Below are positions 47,604-59,424 of a stretch of 64,000 bases of DNA, piece after piece. The stretch spans positions 64,001 to 128,000 of the forward strand of contig CBDAFS010000031.1 in NCBI GenBank assembly GCA_965195285.1, given 5' to 3'. A program made the translations under genes and the position numbers. Each line of letters starts with the position of its first letter. The stretch's first letter is position 1. The stretch is from an uncultured Aminicenantes bacterium (GTDB taxonomy: Bacteria > Acidobacteriota > Aminicenantia > UBA2199). The notes beneath the pieces are model-generated. The model was not told the origin of the DNA and searched no databases. It saw nothing but the letters and a program-made list of their open reading frames with translations.

Positions 47604-49871
47604 ATGGCCGATAGAGATTCTATCCAATCAGAACTATCTCGTGAATTAAATCTATTCCATATTACCATGATGGGATTGGGTATGATGATCGGTGCCGGTG
47701 TATTTTTGGGTGTAGGAAATGCCATTTATGTGGCTGGCCCCGGAGGAGTGGTTTTAACTTTTTTATTAAATGGTGTCATTGCTCTATTTACAGCCGCATC
47801 TTATGCTGAATTGAGTTCAGCAATACCCCATGCGGGTGGTGCATATAACTATGCCAGAGTTGGATTTGGCAAAGGTCCAAGTTTTGTTGCTGGTTGGATG
47901 GAGTGGTTCGCATCCAGCGTAGCCGGAAGTTTATATGCGGTCACTTTTTCTATTTATACGGTTCGATACCTGAGTGTTCTGGGTCTGTTATCCTGGTTGC
48001 CTTTTCCCACAATAATCACAGAAAAGATAATGGCTATACTGGTGGCTCTATTATTCATATACATTAATTATTGGGGTGCATCGAAAACCGGAAAAATCGG
48101 AGCTTTATTCACATTAGGACAAACTATATTTTTGATATTGATAGGACTGATTGGTGTAATCGTTGCCATTAAAGATCCTTCTCGTTTGCAGAATTTTCAA
48201 CCTTTTCTCCCCAAAGGGTGGGCAAAATTATTGGTTACCATGGGATTTACTTATGTTGCTTTCGAGGGTTTTGAGGTGATTGCTCAAGCAGGAGATGAAA
48301 CCATTGAGCCAAGAAAAAATTTACCCAAAGCCATGTTATATTCCGTATTTATTGTTACCATAATCTATATGATAGTTGCATTCGCAACAGTTATAGCAGT
48401 AAAAGCCGGTGACCCGGGAATCAATGTTGCTCCCTGGCAATGGATCGGTGGTTTCAAAGAAAGAGGTTTTGGAGAGGCCATTTCCCGATTATTGCCAATG
48501 GGAAATTTCCTGTTGACGCTGGCGGTTATTTTTGCTTCAACTTCAGCTCTGAATTCTACTATCTATTCAGCTACCAGGGCGTTGTATGCTCTGGGACGTG
48601 ATCGCATGGTATCTCCATTTTTTGCCAAAATTTCAAAAAAGCGAAAAACTCCCTGGGCGGCTTTACTGGGTACAGCAATTCTACTTATTATTGTAGCTAC
48701 CGTGTTACCGACTATGGATGTTGCCTCCAGTGCCAGCATGATGTTTTTGATTTTGTTTTTTTTGGTTAATATATGTGTGATCAGAGTCAGATGGCATATC
48801 GGAGATGAATTAACCTATGGTTTTGTTATGCCATTGTTTCCATTGTTTCCATTGCTTGCCATTATTTGCCAGGCTGTATTAATTTTCTGGATGATACACA
48901 TGAGTATTATTGCTTGGATAATTGCTCCATTGTGGATTATTTCTGGTGTGTTGATATTCAGATTGTATTCAAAAAAGCATGCCATAGCCACAGCGGATGA
49001 AATTCAGGTACTGGAAGAAGAGGAAGCCCCTGCTGGTGAGGAATACCGGATCATGGTTGCTGTTGCCCATCCCAAGAATGCCATTGAAATGATGAAGACA
49101 ACTTATAAGCTGAGTACTGCAAAAAAGGCCAGGATCGAGCTCATCCATATGGTTCCCGTACCGGAACAGGTTCCCCTGACTGCAGCCAGAGATTATATGT
49201 GGGAGGGCAAGGAAGCTATTGTCGAGAGCATGATGTATCTGGAACCGTTATTCCAAATCAGTTCAACCATTCGTTATTGTCGAAATATTTCTCGTGGCAT
49301 TGTGACGGCTGCCCGGGAAAAAAAAGTAAACATGTTGATAACAGGCTGGCATGGTCGTCGACGTACCCATGATTTCATATTCGGAAGCACCATTGATCCC
49401 ATTATGGAGCGGTCGCCCTGCAATGTGGTAGTATTAAAGGGCGGGAAAATTGATTCTTATCAGAAAATTTTATTACCTCTGGCTGGAGGCCCGAACGGGC
49501 CATTTGCTCTGGAAGTGGCCAGTCTTCTGGTTGATACAGATGGAAAGATCACACTGCTCTATGTATATAACGCAGAAACTGAAAAAAGGAAGTTTGATGT
49601 TTATCTGTTTTTAAAAGAATATTCTCAGAAGTATCATCTGGCATCAGAGAGAATCGAAGTGAAAATAGTCAAAAATGATAATATTGAAAAAGCAGTATTA
49701 AAAGAAGCGGAAAATTACGATCTGCTCATTCTCGGAACCACCCGAAAACCTCTTCTGGCCCAGCTGGGAAAGGAGTCAATCCCGGAAATTATCTCCCGGA
49801 AATGCTCAAAACCATTGATTATGGTGCATGCGGCAACCGGAATTCAATCCTGGATCAAACGATTAATATAA
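47604..49871 (+). CDS. APC-family amino acid permease with two C-terminal universal stress protein domains
   Basis: MIGAGVF, YAELSSA.P.AGG.Y and FEGFE; about 12 TMs; USP motifs IMVAVAHP, FGSTID..PCNVVV, ILLPLAGG. Confidence 0.92.
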   Translation: MADRDSIQSELSRELNLFHITMMGLGMMIGAGVFLGVGNAIYVAGPGGVVLTFLLNGVIALFTAASYAELSSAIPHAGGAYNYARVGFGKGPSFVAGWMEWFASSVAGSLYAVTFSIYTVRYLSVLGLLSWLPFPTIITEKIMAILVALLFIYINYWGASKTGKIGALFTLGQTIFLILIGLIGVIVAIKDPSRLQNFQPFLPKGWAKLLVTMGFTYVAFEGFEVIAQAGDETIEPRKNLPKAMLYSVFIVTIIYMIVAFATVIAVKAGDPGINVAPWQWIGGFKERGFGEAISRLLPMGNFLLTLAVIFASTSALNSTIYSATRALYALGRDRMVSPFFAKISKKRKTPWAALLGTAILLIIVATVLPTMDVASSASMMFLILFFLVNICVIRVRWHIGDELTYGFVMPLFPLFPLLAIICQAVLIFWMIHMSIIAWIIAPLWIISGVLIFRLYSKKHAIATADEIQVLEEEEAPAGEEYRIMVAVAHPKNAIEMMKTTYKLSTAKKARIELIHMVPVPEQVPLTAARDYMWEGKEAIVESMMYLEPLFQISSTIRYCRNISRGIVTAAREKKVNMLITGWHGRRRTHDFIFGSTIDPIMERSPCNVVVLKGGKIDSYQKILLPLAGGPNGPFALEVASLLVDTDGKITLLYVYNAETEKRKFDVYLFLKEYSQKYHLASERIEVKIVKNDNIEKAVLKEAENYDLLILGTTRKPLLAQLGKESIPEIISRKCSKPLIMVHAATGIQSWIKRLI

Positions 49872-49906
49872 ACCTGTGATTGTGATTGGGAACGGTGGAT
49901 CTATAT

Positions 49907-50347
49907 TTAATGCGCCGTCTCCACTCCTTTTTTAATCCTGACTGCTTCAAAATACAGTTGTCGGGGATTGCGCTGGGAAAACACTTTGAACCAGTCTTTG
50001 CCAATGAATTTAATCATAGAGGTGGAAAAGGTAACCGGTCTTCCGTTTTTATAGATTCCCCGGCATAAATAGGACTTGTTGTATTTTTTTATCTTTAAAA
50101 CGGCATAGATGTATTCCCGGCTCAATGGTTTTTGAGATGTTTTATATTGATAGAACTTGAAACCATAGAATTTCCTGACAAATTGCTTGGAATACTCAAA
50201 TGTATAATTGCTGTCCTGAATTTTCCAGGTTCCCAGGATTAGTTTTGCGGTCTCCGGATCCGGTTCTGCAACTTCCATGAAACTCTCAGCCAGGATCATG
50301 GTGGTTGAGAGCAACACCATCATAAAGAGAAAATTGATTTTTTTCAT
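49907..50347 (-). CDS. Secreted hypothetical protein (lipocalin-like beta-rich)
   Basis: Signal peptide; LILGTWK motif; AAGGA SD. Confidence 0.65.
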   Translation of the reverse strand: MKKINFLFMMVLLSTTMILAESFMEVAEPDPETAKLILGTWKIQDSNYTFEYSKQFVRKFYGFKFYQYKTSQKPLSREYIYAVLKIKKYNKSYLCRGIYKNGRPVTFSTSMIKFIGKDWFKVFSQRNPRQLYFEAVRIKKGVETAH

Positions 50348-50476
50348 GCTATTCCTTTATACTCTTTTATACTGGAGTTTCTATGAAAAAGTCTTTTAAG
50401 TTTAATTTTTATTTTATCACATTCTTCACTTTTTTTTACTTTTCTGTTATTAAGAGAGAAGAAATCGGAGGAATTC

Positions 50477-51565
50477 ATGAAGGTACTTGAGCCCCTGACA
50501 TTGAAATCTCATGAGTTGATCAATCGTTTCATCCGATCTGCTACCTGTGAATATATGGCGGATGAAAAGGGCGTACCGGAAGATAGATTCGTGGAACTTT
50601 ACCGTCAACTGGCATCCGGAGGAATCGGAATTGTGATTTCCGGATATGCCTATGTGATGCCCAATGGCAAATCCAATCCCGGGCAATCTGCAATTTGTTC
50701 TGATGAATTGATTCCAGCCTGGAAAAAAGTCACCCGGATATTTCAGGATTCGCCCTCATTGTTTCTGCTTCAGATTGTTCATGGCGGGAGACAGGTCCGT
50801 CCCAAGCATCACCAGGGATCCATATGGGCTCCTTCGGCGGTTCCGGACCATGCCTATAAGACCCGGCCCCGGGAAATGACTGTTGCCCAGATCGAAGAGG
50901 TGGGTGAGGCTTTTATCCAGGCTGCGGATCGGGCCAAGAAAGCCGGATTCGATGGTGTCCAGCTGCATGTGGCACATGGTTATTTGCTGAGCCAGTTTAT
51001 TTCTCCCTATACCAACCGGAGAAATGATGCCTATGGGGGGGATCAGAAAAAACGAACACGGCTGGTTGTGGATATCATAAACGGTATAAAGAAACAGGTT
51101 GGAGATGAATTTATTGTTTCTGCCAAAATCAATGGGGAGGATTTTGTTCCGGGAGGCCTGAAACTCGAACAGGCTGTGGCTTCCGCCCGGCTGATGAAAA
51201 ATGCCGGCCTTGATCTTATCGAAGTTTCAGGTGGAATGGCAGAATCCAGGCTGGGGACGGTCAGGAGGGACATAAAATCCATTGATCAGGAAGGATATTT
51301 CCGGCAGCATTCCGGGATGATATGCCGGAAAGTTAAAATTCCCACTGCAGTGGTGGGGGGATTCAGAACCCTTTCCGTCATGGAGCAAACCATCAGTTCT
51401 GGTGAAGCCGATTTTATCAGCCTGTGCCGCCCCTTTATCCGCGAACCTCAGCTGGTTCTCCACTTTGAGAAAGCGTTACAAAAGCGGGCTTCATGTGTTT
51501 CCTGCAACCGCTGCTTCAATCCCCGGGGATTGAAGTGCTGGCAGCTCGATTTGAGAAAAATCTGA
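50477..51565 (+). CDS. NADH:flavin oxidoreductase (Old Yellow Enzyme family)
   Basis: NRFIRSAT, QIVHGGRQ, AGFDGVQLHVAHGYLLSQF, NRRNDAYGG, CVSCNRC. Confidence 0.95.
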   Translation: MKVLEPLTLKSHELINRFIRSATCEYMADEKGVPEDRFVELYRQLASGGIGIVISGYAYVMPNGKSNPGQSAICSDELIPAWKKVTRIFQDSPSLFLLQIVHGGRQVRPKHHQGSIWAPSAVPDHAYKTRPREMTVAQIEEVGEAFIQAADRAKKAGFDGVQLHVAHGYLLSQFISPYTNRRNDAYGGDQKKRTRLVVDIINGIKKQVGDEFIVSAKINGEDFVPGGLKLEQAVASARLMKNAGLDLIEVSGGMAESRLGTVRRDIKSIDQEGYFRQHSGMICRKVKIPTAVVGGFRTLSVMEQTISSGEADFISLCRPFIREPQLVLHFEKALQKRASCVSCNRCFNPRGLKCWQLDLRKI

Positions 51566-51648
51566 ATTTAAACAATTGTGTGAAAAGAGGTTGACATCGG
51601 GTATATTTTGTATTACCTTCGAAAACGGGTCGATAATGAAGGAGTCAC

Positions 51649-52605
51649 ATGCCTGAGGAAAAGACACCGGTTTCACTGCGGTTAAGGAATCTCTCCAAAT
51701 CTTACAGGGATATAAAAGCAGTGAGAAATTTGACTCTGGACATATTTAAGGGGGAAGTGTTCGGTTTTTTGGGACCCAATGGGGCCGGTAAGACCACAAC
51801 CATCCATATGATCTGTGGCTTGCTGAAAAGTGATTCCGGTGAAGTGTTCATCCAGGGCAAATCACTGAATCAATTTTACCGTGAATGCAAATCTTCACTG
51901 GGATTGTGCCCCCAGAACCTGATTGTCTGGGAAACACTGACATGCCTGGAACAATTAGAGTTCATAGGTAGGCAATACAATGTGAGTCAGAAGAATGTCA
52001 GGAAAAAAGTCTGTGAACTCCTGGAGTTGTTGGGGCTTTATGATAAACGACACAAGCTGGCCAAAACCCTGTCCGGTGGCATGAAGAGACGGTTGAATCT
52101 GGCCCTGGGATTGGTTCATGACCCGGATATCTTAATACTGGATGAACCCCAGGCCGGGCTTGATCCGCAGAGCCGAATACTGGTAAGGGAGTACATCCGT
52201 TCAATGGCCAGGCACAAAACCATTATTTTGACTACCCATGAAATGGTTGAGGCTGATCAGCTTTCCGATCGGATTGCCATTATTGATCACGGACAGCTGC
52301 TGGTTCTGGACACACCCGATGAATTGAAAAACCGCATGGGCCAGGGTAATATTCTGGAGATTAAACTTGCCCCTGGCCAGCATCAAAAAATTTCACCGTT
52401 TATTGAGCATCTGCCCCGGAGACTCCGGCATCTCTCTCTGCAAAATGATAGCCTGCATATGGTGGATACCGATATCCTGGGTATCTTGTCGGTTCTGATT
52501 GATAAACTCAGGAAGGGCAATATCAAAACCGAAGATGTTAAGATCCGGAAAAAGACACTGGAGGATGTTTTCATATCCCTGACCGGCAGGAGGCTTAGAG
52601 AATGA
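51649..52605 (+). CDS. ABC transporter ATP-binding protein (ABC-2/DrrA-like)
   Basis: GPNGAGKTT, LSGGMKRR, ILDEP and TTH are all intact. Confidence 0.96.
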   Translation: MPEEKTPVSLRLRNLSKSYRDIKAVRNLTLDIFKGEVFGFLGPNGAGKTTTIHMICGLLKSDSGEVFIQGKSLNQFYRECKSSLGLCPQNLIVWETLTCLEQLEFIGRQYNVSQKNVRKKVCELLELLGLYDKRHKLAKTLSGGMKRRLNLALGLVHDPDILILDEPQAGLDPQSRILVREYIRSMARHKTIILTTHEMVEADQLSDRIAIIDHGQLLVLDTPDELKNRMGQGNILEIKLAPGQHQKISPFIEHLPRRLRHLSLQNDSLHMVDTDILGILSVLIDKLRKGNIKTEDVKIRKKTLEDVFISLTGRRLRE

Positions 52606-53771
52606 GATTGCTAAGCCTGATCAAAAAGGCCTTGATTGAAAACTTCAGGGACTGGAAAATTATGGTCCTCATTTTGACTTTCGCCCCTTTTTTTGTTTTC
52701 CTGATGTACTTTTATTTCGGAGAGACCACCAAGGTTTACCGGATCACCGTGGTAAATCATGACCAGGGACTGCAGCGTGACAATGGAGAGTGGTTCCGGG
52801 CCGGAGAAGAACTGATTTCGGAAATGATGCAGATCCGTTCATCCGAAGGTAAAAACATGTTGAAAATTCATATGGAAAAGAACTTGAAAAATGCCCGGAA
52901 GCGGGTGGAGAACAGGTCCGCGGATCTGGTGGTGGAAATCCCCCGGGATTTCTCCCGGATACTTACGGATTATAAACAGGGAAGTCAACCCGATCCCGCC
53001 ATTGTGCGAACTCACGGTGACCAGTCCAACCTGGACTACCTGATGGCAGTGGTCTGGAGTGATGTCATTACCTATCAATATGCCAGCCGGGTAACAGGGT
53101 GGAAAGGTCCGCTCGACCTGCAGGCACTGCCCGTGGGAAATATGAAATTCCTTAATGAGTTTGACTTATATGTGCCGGGTTTGCTGGTTCTGTCGCTGAT
53201 AATGCTGATGTTTACCGCAGCGGCCTCGCTCATAAAAGAAAAGGATAAGGAAACCCTGGTCCGTCTGCGCATGTCCCGTATGACCACTTTTGAATGGCTT
53301 CTGGCCGTGAGTTTCACTCAGATCATTATCGGGCTTCTGGCCCTGGCCCTGACTTTTCTGTCTGCTCTGGCAGTGGGTTATGAAACCGGCGGATCTATAT
53401 TGGCCATGATGGTGGTGGGCCTGTTGTCATGCCTGTCGGTTATGGCCATCGGGGTCATTGTGGCAGCCTTTTTACGGACTGTTTTTGATCTCATGACCAT
53501 TGGCTGTTTTCCCTTTTTCATTCTGATGTTTTTTTCTGGCGGAATGTTTCCGCTTCCCCGCCTGAAGCTCTTTTTCCTGTTCGGTCATGCCATCAATGTC
53601 AATGATATCCTTCCGACCACCCATACTATCTCGGCCTTGAACCAGATACTGAATTTCGGGGCCAGCCTGGGTGATGTATTATTTGAGCTGGTAGCCATCC
53701 TCATCCTGACCGTGATTTATTTCTCTCTGGGAGCCTGGATTTTTACCCGGCGTCACATGATGGCTCGATGA
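52602..53771 (+). CDS. ABC-2 type permease
   Basis: VVNHDQG loop, EKDKETLVRL, FFSGGMFP; 6 TMs; overlaps the ATPase gene. Confidence 0.92.
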   Translation: MRLLSLIKKALIENFRDWKIMVLILTFAPFFVFLMYFYFGETTKVYRITVVNHDQGLQRDNGEWFRAGEELISEMMQIRSSEGKNMLKIHMEKNLKNARKRVENRSADLVVEIPRDFSRILTDYKQGSQPDPAIVRTHGDQSNLDYLMAVVWSDVITYQYASRVTGWKGPLDLQALPVGNMKFLNEFDLYVPGLLVLSLIMLMFTAAASLIKEKDKETLVRLRMSRMTTFEWLLAVSFTQIIIGLLALALTFLSALAVGYETGGSILAMMVVGLLSCLSVMAIGVIVAAFLRTVFDLMTIGCFPFFILMFFSGGMFPLPRLKLFFLFGHAINVNDILPTTHTISALNQILNFGASLGDVLFELVAILILTVIYFSLGAWIFTRRHMMAR

Positions 53772-53812
53772 ATTTTAAGATCGGCCGGAATCTTATTTTT
53801 TGGTGCAATCGC

Positions 53813-56800
53813 TTAGATAGCGGTTGAATCCTGGTTGGACGGTTTCTCATCCAGGACATCCCGGATTTTTTTTGATAATTCTTTTATATTAAAGGGTTTT
53901 TGAATGAATCCGTTACAGCCACGCTGGAGGAGTTCGCTGGCCTGGCCATCAACACTATATCCACTGGAAAGAAGAATTTTTACATTGGGATTGATTCCCT
54001 TAAGCCTTTCGAAAGTAACGCCCCCACTCATTTTTGGCATGACCATGTCCAAAACAACCAGATCAATTTCCTTTTTTCTCCCCCAGTAAATTTCAATGGC
54101 TTCCTGGCCACTTCGAGCCACAAAAACATTGTAGCCAAGACTTTCCATTATTTGTCCAACAACCTCAATCACGATCTCTTCATCATCCACCAGCAGTATG
54201 GTTTCGGTTCCGTAAACCAGATCTTCCTTGACCACCTTTTCTACCATCGGTTGTTTACTGGAAGCCGGAAGAAAAATATCGAAAGTAGAACCGATATCCA
54301 GTTCGCTATGTACGGTGATAAATCCGCCATGATTTTTTAAAATACCATAAACTGTTGCCAGTCCCAGTCCAGTACCGCGCCCTCTCTCTTTGGTGGTAAA
54401 AAACGGATCAAAAATCCTTTGTTTGGTCTCGTCATCCATACCTTTTCCGGTATCGGTTACTGATATTTTGACAAAATTTCCCGGTTCTATAAGATGGGGT
54501 TTTGTCTGGTTGTGATCCAGATAAACATTTCTGGTTTCAATCAGGATATCTCCGCTCTCCGGCATTGCCTGCCAGGCGTTTACAAACAGGTTCATGAAGA
54601 CCTGATCCATCTGACCCGGATCCACTTCAACCGTAGAGATGTTATCTTGATATTGAGCACGAATACCAATTTCCTTTTTGGTTCGACCAAACATCAATAC
54701 GTTATCTTTGACCAGGTTATTTATGTTGATTGGTTTGACCTCGAATTTTCCTTTTCTGGCAAAACCAAGTAATTGTTTGGTCAGATCCGCAGCATTCTTT
54801 ACATAATGTTCCATTTCCTTTAAATGATCTTTTGGGCTGGATTTTTTATCAAATCCAATTTGCATGAGCGAAACCCTTCCCTGGATTCCAGTCAGAAGGT
54901 TGTTGAAATCATGGGCGATACCACCGGCCAGAGTACCCAACGCTTCCAGTTTCTGTGCCTGTTGGATCATTTTTTCCATGTTTTTGCGTTCGGTAATATC
55001 TCTCAATATGCCCTGAACAGCAACTCCGCCTTTATATAAAATAGTGGTGACCGACGCTTCAACTTCCAATTCTTTTTGATCTGATGTGAGAGCGGTGTAG
55101 TTGAATTGTGATTCCGACTTTTTTTCATCAATGATCTGCTGGAATTTCCGTTCAACAGAATTTTTGCTCTTGAGTGAAATCAACTCCAGATAATCGAACT
55201 CGGGCCGACATACATATTCCTGACTGACACTAAAGAGTTGCCTGAATTTTTCGTTAATCAATTCGAATTTTCGGTTATGCAGAATAAAAATCGGATCATT
55301 GGAAGATTCTACCAGATGCCGGTATTTCTTTTCGCTGGCCCTTATCTCTTCCTCAGCGCGTAGTTTTTCTTCAATCTCCTGATTTAGCTTCAGATTTTTC
55401 CTCTTCAGCTCGTCAACTTTTTTTCTTATGGAATAAGTCCGGTAAAAATACAGTAAACCAATAAACAGCGAAGCAATTAACAGACCCAATAATCGGATCC
55501 AGGTGTTGGAAAAAAACGGAGGTGTGATGGAAATTCTTACAGCCGTACCTTTTTCATTCCATATTCCTTCGTTATTTGATGCTCGCACCCTGAAGGTATA
55601 TTCTCCCGGTGGAATTCCTGAATACGTTGCATGTCTCAGATGTTTGATGTAATTCCAGTTTTCCTCCAGCCCCTCCATCTTGATGGCATACTCATTTTTT
55701 TCTGGAAAAATGTAGTTTAATGCTGAAAAATTTAAGGTAAAAATATTTTCTTTATAGGAGAGATTAACCTCTGAATATTTCGAAGAAGACTTCCGGGATG
55801 AATTTGATTGGGTCCTGGATTGCCAGATCTGTATCGGTTTGTTGAATATTTTAAAATCCGTGATTATAACCGGGGGTATATACCGGTTGATTCGTACCTC
55901 ATAGGGATGAAAACAGTTCAATCCTCGAATTCCCCCAAAAAAAAGCCGACCTGACCTGGTTTTATAATGAGCACCGGTGTTGAAGGTGTTGGATTGCAAA
56001 CCATCTTGAAGTGTAAAGTTTCTTATGGTTTTGTTATCGATATCAAAATGGGATAATCCTTTCTTGGTACTCAGCCAGAGATTGTTTTTTGCTCCGGGAA
56101 GAATTCCGGTTATGATATTGTCAGGGAGTCCGTTATTTTTTGTGTAATGTATAAAGGTTTTATTCTTTTTTACAAATTGGTTCAACCCCTTGCTGGTACC
56201 GATCCAAAGACGCCCTTGTTGATCTTCCATTATTGACAATACCTCATTTATACTGAGGCTGTTTATGTCACCCGGGCTATATAAGTAGCGAATTGGAGGA
56301 AGAGTCGGATTGAAACATATTAATCCTCCACGGCTGGTTCCGGCCCAAATATTTTGGTTTTGATCCTGGTAAAGGACATTGATTTGGTCATCATTGAGAT
56401 CGTTCAATTGCGGAAATTGAGAAGTTATTGCGTTAATGGTCGAGTTTTCGATATCCATTTTAAACAGACCTTGATCTGTTCCCACCCACAGGTTGTTTTC
56501 ATTTTCAGCCAATAGGGCAGTTACCGATGTGCCTTTGAAATTAAATATGCTATCGAAGTCATATTCTTTAATTATGTGTCGGGTATTTCGACTCAATTTA
56601 TTGAGTTCCTGGTTTTCATTTTTTAGGCCCAGCCAAATAATATCGTTTTTTGTGTGGGGATTAATATAGATTACCTGTATGTTTCCTGTTGGACCGGATC
56701 TGGGAACTATGTTGACAAATTGATCGGTTTGGGGATCGAATCGATTAAGCCCCTTATACCCCCCGATCCAAATTTTTCCTTCAGGATCTTCGCAAATTGA

Positions 56801-57949
56801 GTGAACACTCGATATTTTCAGACTATTTGTACTTTCGGAAATATTCTGATACTTTCTGAATTTTTGCATGCATGGATTCCAGTAATTTAATCCACTGCTC
56901 CGGGTGCCAATCCATATAGTAAAGCTGCGATCCCGGTACAGGTGGGTAATGGTATCATGACTTAAACTATCCGGGTTAATGGGATCGCGATATTGATGGA
57001 AAAACAGGTTGCTCTTTTTATAAAAAATATCAATTCCTTTTTGCTGAAATCCTATCCAAATTCGTCCCATATTGTCCTCACAGATATAATTGACAAAATT
57101 ATCCGAAAGGCTGGTGGGATTTTTGGGGTTGTGGGTGAAATGAGAAAATGTTGATTCACCTGGCTTCAAACGATACAATCCTGAGCCCATTGTGCCGATC
57201 CATAGATTGTTTTCACTATCGACAAAGAGATCATTTGGATTTTTTATTTGATTGTTATATGCTTCTGAATCGATGATTTGAATGGATTGAGATTTAAGAT
57301 CACCTTTCTTTAAATGGAATAGCTCCTTACTCGAAGCCATCCAAAAATGACCTTTGCCATCCTCTACGATATCTTTTATGACTTGGCTGTTAATTTTTTG
57401 AATCTTACTCTGTTCAGTATCAAGAAAGTATATTCCTTGTCGGGTTCCCACCCAAAAATGATTGTCGTTATCTTCAAAAAGACAGGTGATATGTTCCTGA
57501 AATTTCCCCTTTCTTTTGCGATTGTTATAAGGGATGAAAAGTTCAATTCTTTCATGTTCTTTGCTAAAGCGGTACAATCCTTTTTCGGTTCCCACCCAGA
57601 TAGTACCGTTATGACTTTCCAGTATGGTGGTGATATTATAATTGGCCCATTTGATAGGGGTATTCGTATCTCTCGGAAATATATTAAAATCATATCCATC
57701 ATAACGATATAGCCTTTCGGTGGTAGCAAACCACATGAATCCGCTGGCATCCTGTAAAATTCCCTGTATTTTGCTTAAAGGCAGATCATCTGGAAGAGAA
57801 AGGTATTTGAATTGATGCTGGATTTGACCCTGATCAGAAGATCTTTCCTGGTTGTTGGATTCGAGGTTTATTGCAAATAAAAGAATAATAACCAGGGTAC
57901 TCAGTATTGCTCTCAAAAAGAAGAAAAATAAATTGTATACTTTTTTCAT
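53813..57949 (-). CDS. Hybrid sensor kinase: periplasmic beta-propeller + Y_Y_Y, TM, PAS, HisKA, HATPase, REC
   Basis: Repeated ED..G.(L/I)W(I/V)GT blades; [17 protein letters not shown]; [13 protein letters not shown]; [14 protein letters not shown]; ILLVDDE and LDMVMP. Confidence 0.95.
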   Translation of the reverse strand: MKKVYNLFFFFLRAILSTLVIILLFAINLESNNQERSSDQGQIQHQFKYLSLPDDLPLSKIQGILQDASGFMWFATTERLYRYDGYDFNIFPRDTNTPIKWANYNITTILESHNGTIWVGTEKGLYRFSKEHERIELFIPYNNRKRKGKFQEHITCLFEDNDNHFWVGTRQGIYFLDTEQSKIQKINSQVIKDIVEDGKGHFWMASSKELFHLKKGDLKSQSIQIIDSEAYNNQIKNPNDLFVDSENNLWIGTMGSGLYRLKPGESTFSHFTHNPKNPTSLSDNFVNYICEDNMGRIWIGFQQKGIDIFYKKSNLFFHQYRDPINPDSLSHDTITHLYRDRSFTIWIGTRSSGLNYWNPCMQKFRKYQNISESTNSLKISSVHSICEDPEGKIWIGGYKGLNRFDPQTDQFVNIVPRSGPTGNIQVIYINPHTKNDIIWLGLKNENQELNKLSRNTRHIIKEYDFDSIFNFKGTSVTALLAENENNLWVGTDQGLFKMDIENSTINAITSQFPQLNDLNDDQINVLYQDQNQNIWAGTSRGGLICFNPTLPPIRYLYSPGDINSLSINEVLSIMEDQQGRLWIGTSKGLNQFVKKNKTFIHYTKNNGLPDNIITGILPGAKNNLWLSTKKGLSHFDIDNKTIRNFTLQDGLQSNTFNTGAHYKTRSGRLFFGGIRGLNCFHPYEVRINRYIPPVIITDFKIFNKPIQIWQSRTQSNSSRKSSSKYSEVNLSYKENIFTLNFSALNYIFPEKNEYAIKMEGLEENWNYIKHLRHATYSGIPPGEYTFRVRASNNEGIWNEKGTAVRISITPPFFSNTWIRLLGLLIASLFIGLLYFYRTYSIRKKVDELKRKNLKLNQEIEEKLRAEEEIRASEKKYRHLVESSNDPIFILHNRKFELINEKFRQLFSVSQEYVCRPEFDYLELISLKSKNSVERKFQQIIDEKKSESQFNYTALTSDQKELEVEASVTTILYKGGVAVQGILRDITERKNMEKMIQQAQKLEALGTLAGGIAHDFNNLLTGIQGRVSLMQIGFDKKSSPKDHLKEMEHYVKNAADLTKQLLGFARKGKFEVKPININNLVKDNVLMFGRTKKEIGIRAQYQDNISTVEVDPGQMDQVFMNLFVNAWQAMPESGDILIETRNVYLDHNQTKPHLIEPGNFVKISVTDTGKGMDDETKQRIFDPFFTTKERGRGTGLGLATVYGILKNHGGFITVHSELDIGSTFDIFLPASSKQPMVEKVVKEDLVYGTETILLVDDEEIVIEVVGQIMESLGYNVFVARSGQEAIEIYWGRKKEIDLVVLDMVMPKMSGGVTFERLKGINPNVKILLSSGYSVDGQASELLQRGCNGFIQKPFNIKELSKKIRDVLDEKPSNQDSTAI

Positions 57950-58065
57950 TTAAAAACAAACACTGTTTCTGGTTTGGTCTGGTCTCCCTTACCTAATAAT
58001 TATTAATCTTATTTAGTGAATTTGCAACCTTTTTATCATTTTTTTTAAATTATCAAATTTCTTGA

Positions 58066-59187
58066 TCAATCAGCCCTTGGTACCTTTATCGAAAACTTGG
58101 AAACAGCCAGGTTTCCCTCTTCATCCTCGGTAGCAATAAAAAGCCACTGGTCCCATATAGTGAAAGTTTTGATGGACAGACCGTCTTCCACCTTCATCTC
58201 TGAGGTGTAAAGATATTTTCCCTGCGGGGAAAATATATCGATTGATTTACGGGACCTGCTTTCCGGTTCTGAAACAAAAATGTAGATCATTCCGTTTTTA
58301 TCGATAAACATATTGTAAAAATACGAGGCGGTTTCAGGCAGGCCATCAATGATTTTCTTAACCATATCCTGGGGCGCATCATTGAACTGTTTCCCCAATT
58401 CCTTTTTGTATTGATTGGATATTTTTTTAGGTTCCCGGTTCTCGATACAGAAGCTGTTAACAGGCTTTCCTTCCAGGTCCATGATATGGATCCGATACTG
58501 ACTGGTCATACCCTGGTATATTTTCCCATCATGGTATCTCACAATCATCAAAGGAGTGATGTCACCGATCACGATGGCAATCATGACCTTATTCCCCCGG
58601 TTTTCCTCAGAAACGGTTGCTTTTTTAAAGGGTGTAAATGTGGCAATGACTTTTTCTGCATTATCTTTCAAATTATACAATTTGATTTTGGCTTCGGGTT
58701 TTCTCGGGTTATCAATAGTGGCCGGGGCAGAGATGAAAACATCTTCTGAAACAAAAGTCTGGGGTTTTGTCTGAAAAGGATACGGAGCGGTTCTTTTAAA
58801 TTCCCCTTTGCGGGTGAAAAAGTGGACCCTTCCCCGGTCAACCACAATGATATTGTTTCCGATACTGAAAAGCTGTGCCCCCATCCGGAGATTTTTTATT
58901 TCACCCGGGCCTTCTCCCTTTCTGCCAAAGGCGGATATAAATTTTCCATTTTTGTCAAAAATAAAAATCTTGAAATTTTTAGCATCCAAAATATAGACCT
59001 TCCCATCTGGAGTGATGTCAATTTCTTGTATAGCACCGAACACATCGTTTCCGGCGGTTTCAATCTCCCACATTTTTTTCATCTGCAGGTTCCAGGAGCC
59101 TTTTTCAGGCTTATCTGGATTTATGATCTGGCCAAAAGTGAGACAACTGGCAATGATGAAAACCAGGAAAAATAAATTTTTTTTCAT
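58066..59187 (-). CDS. Secreted 6-bladed beta-propeller protein (NHL/DUF5128-like)
   Basis: Signal peptide; DGKVYILD..KIFIFDKNGKFISAFGRKGEGPGE; IDIFSPQGKYL. Confidence 0.85.
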   Translation of the reverse strand: MKKNLFFLVFIIASCLTFGQIINPDKPEKGSWNLQMKKMWEIETAGNDVFGAIQEIDITPDGKVYILDAKNFKIFIFDKNGKFISAFGRKGEGPGEIKNLRMGAQLFSIGNNIIVVDRGRVHFFTRKGEFKRTAPYPFQTKPQTFVSEDVFISAPATIDNPRKPEAKIKLYNLKDNAEKVIATFTPFKKATVSEENRGNKVMIAIVIGDITPLMIVRYHDGKIYQGMTSQYRIHIMDLEGKPVNSFCIENREPKKISNQYKKELGKQFNDAPQDMVKKIIDGLPETASYFYNMFIDKNGMIYIFVSEPESRSRKSIDIFSPQGKYLYTSEMKVEDGLSIKTFTIWDQWLFIATEDEEGNLAVSKFSIKVPRAD

Positions 59188-59374
59188 CTTTTTCTCCTAA
59201 AAAGTCATTAAAAATATGAATTGATATGTGATTTATTTGCATGGAGCAAACAGACAACATATTACCATGACGCCAACATTTAAGTTAAAGTTTATTCAGA
59301 GAGAATATCTTGGAATATTATATCATTATTCTTAATAATTACCAATTTGATTTTGGTTTTTTCTTTCTGTGGAA

Positions 59375-59403
59375 TTGACATTTTCAGGGGTGAGTTTTAT
59401 AAT
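59375..59403 (+). promoter_or_regulatory. Perfect-consensus sigma70 promoter
   Basis: TTGACA-N17-TATAAT, then an AAGGAG SD and ATG 59425. Confidence 0.85.
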
Positions 59404-59424
59404 CACCGGCAGTAAGGAGATAAC

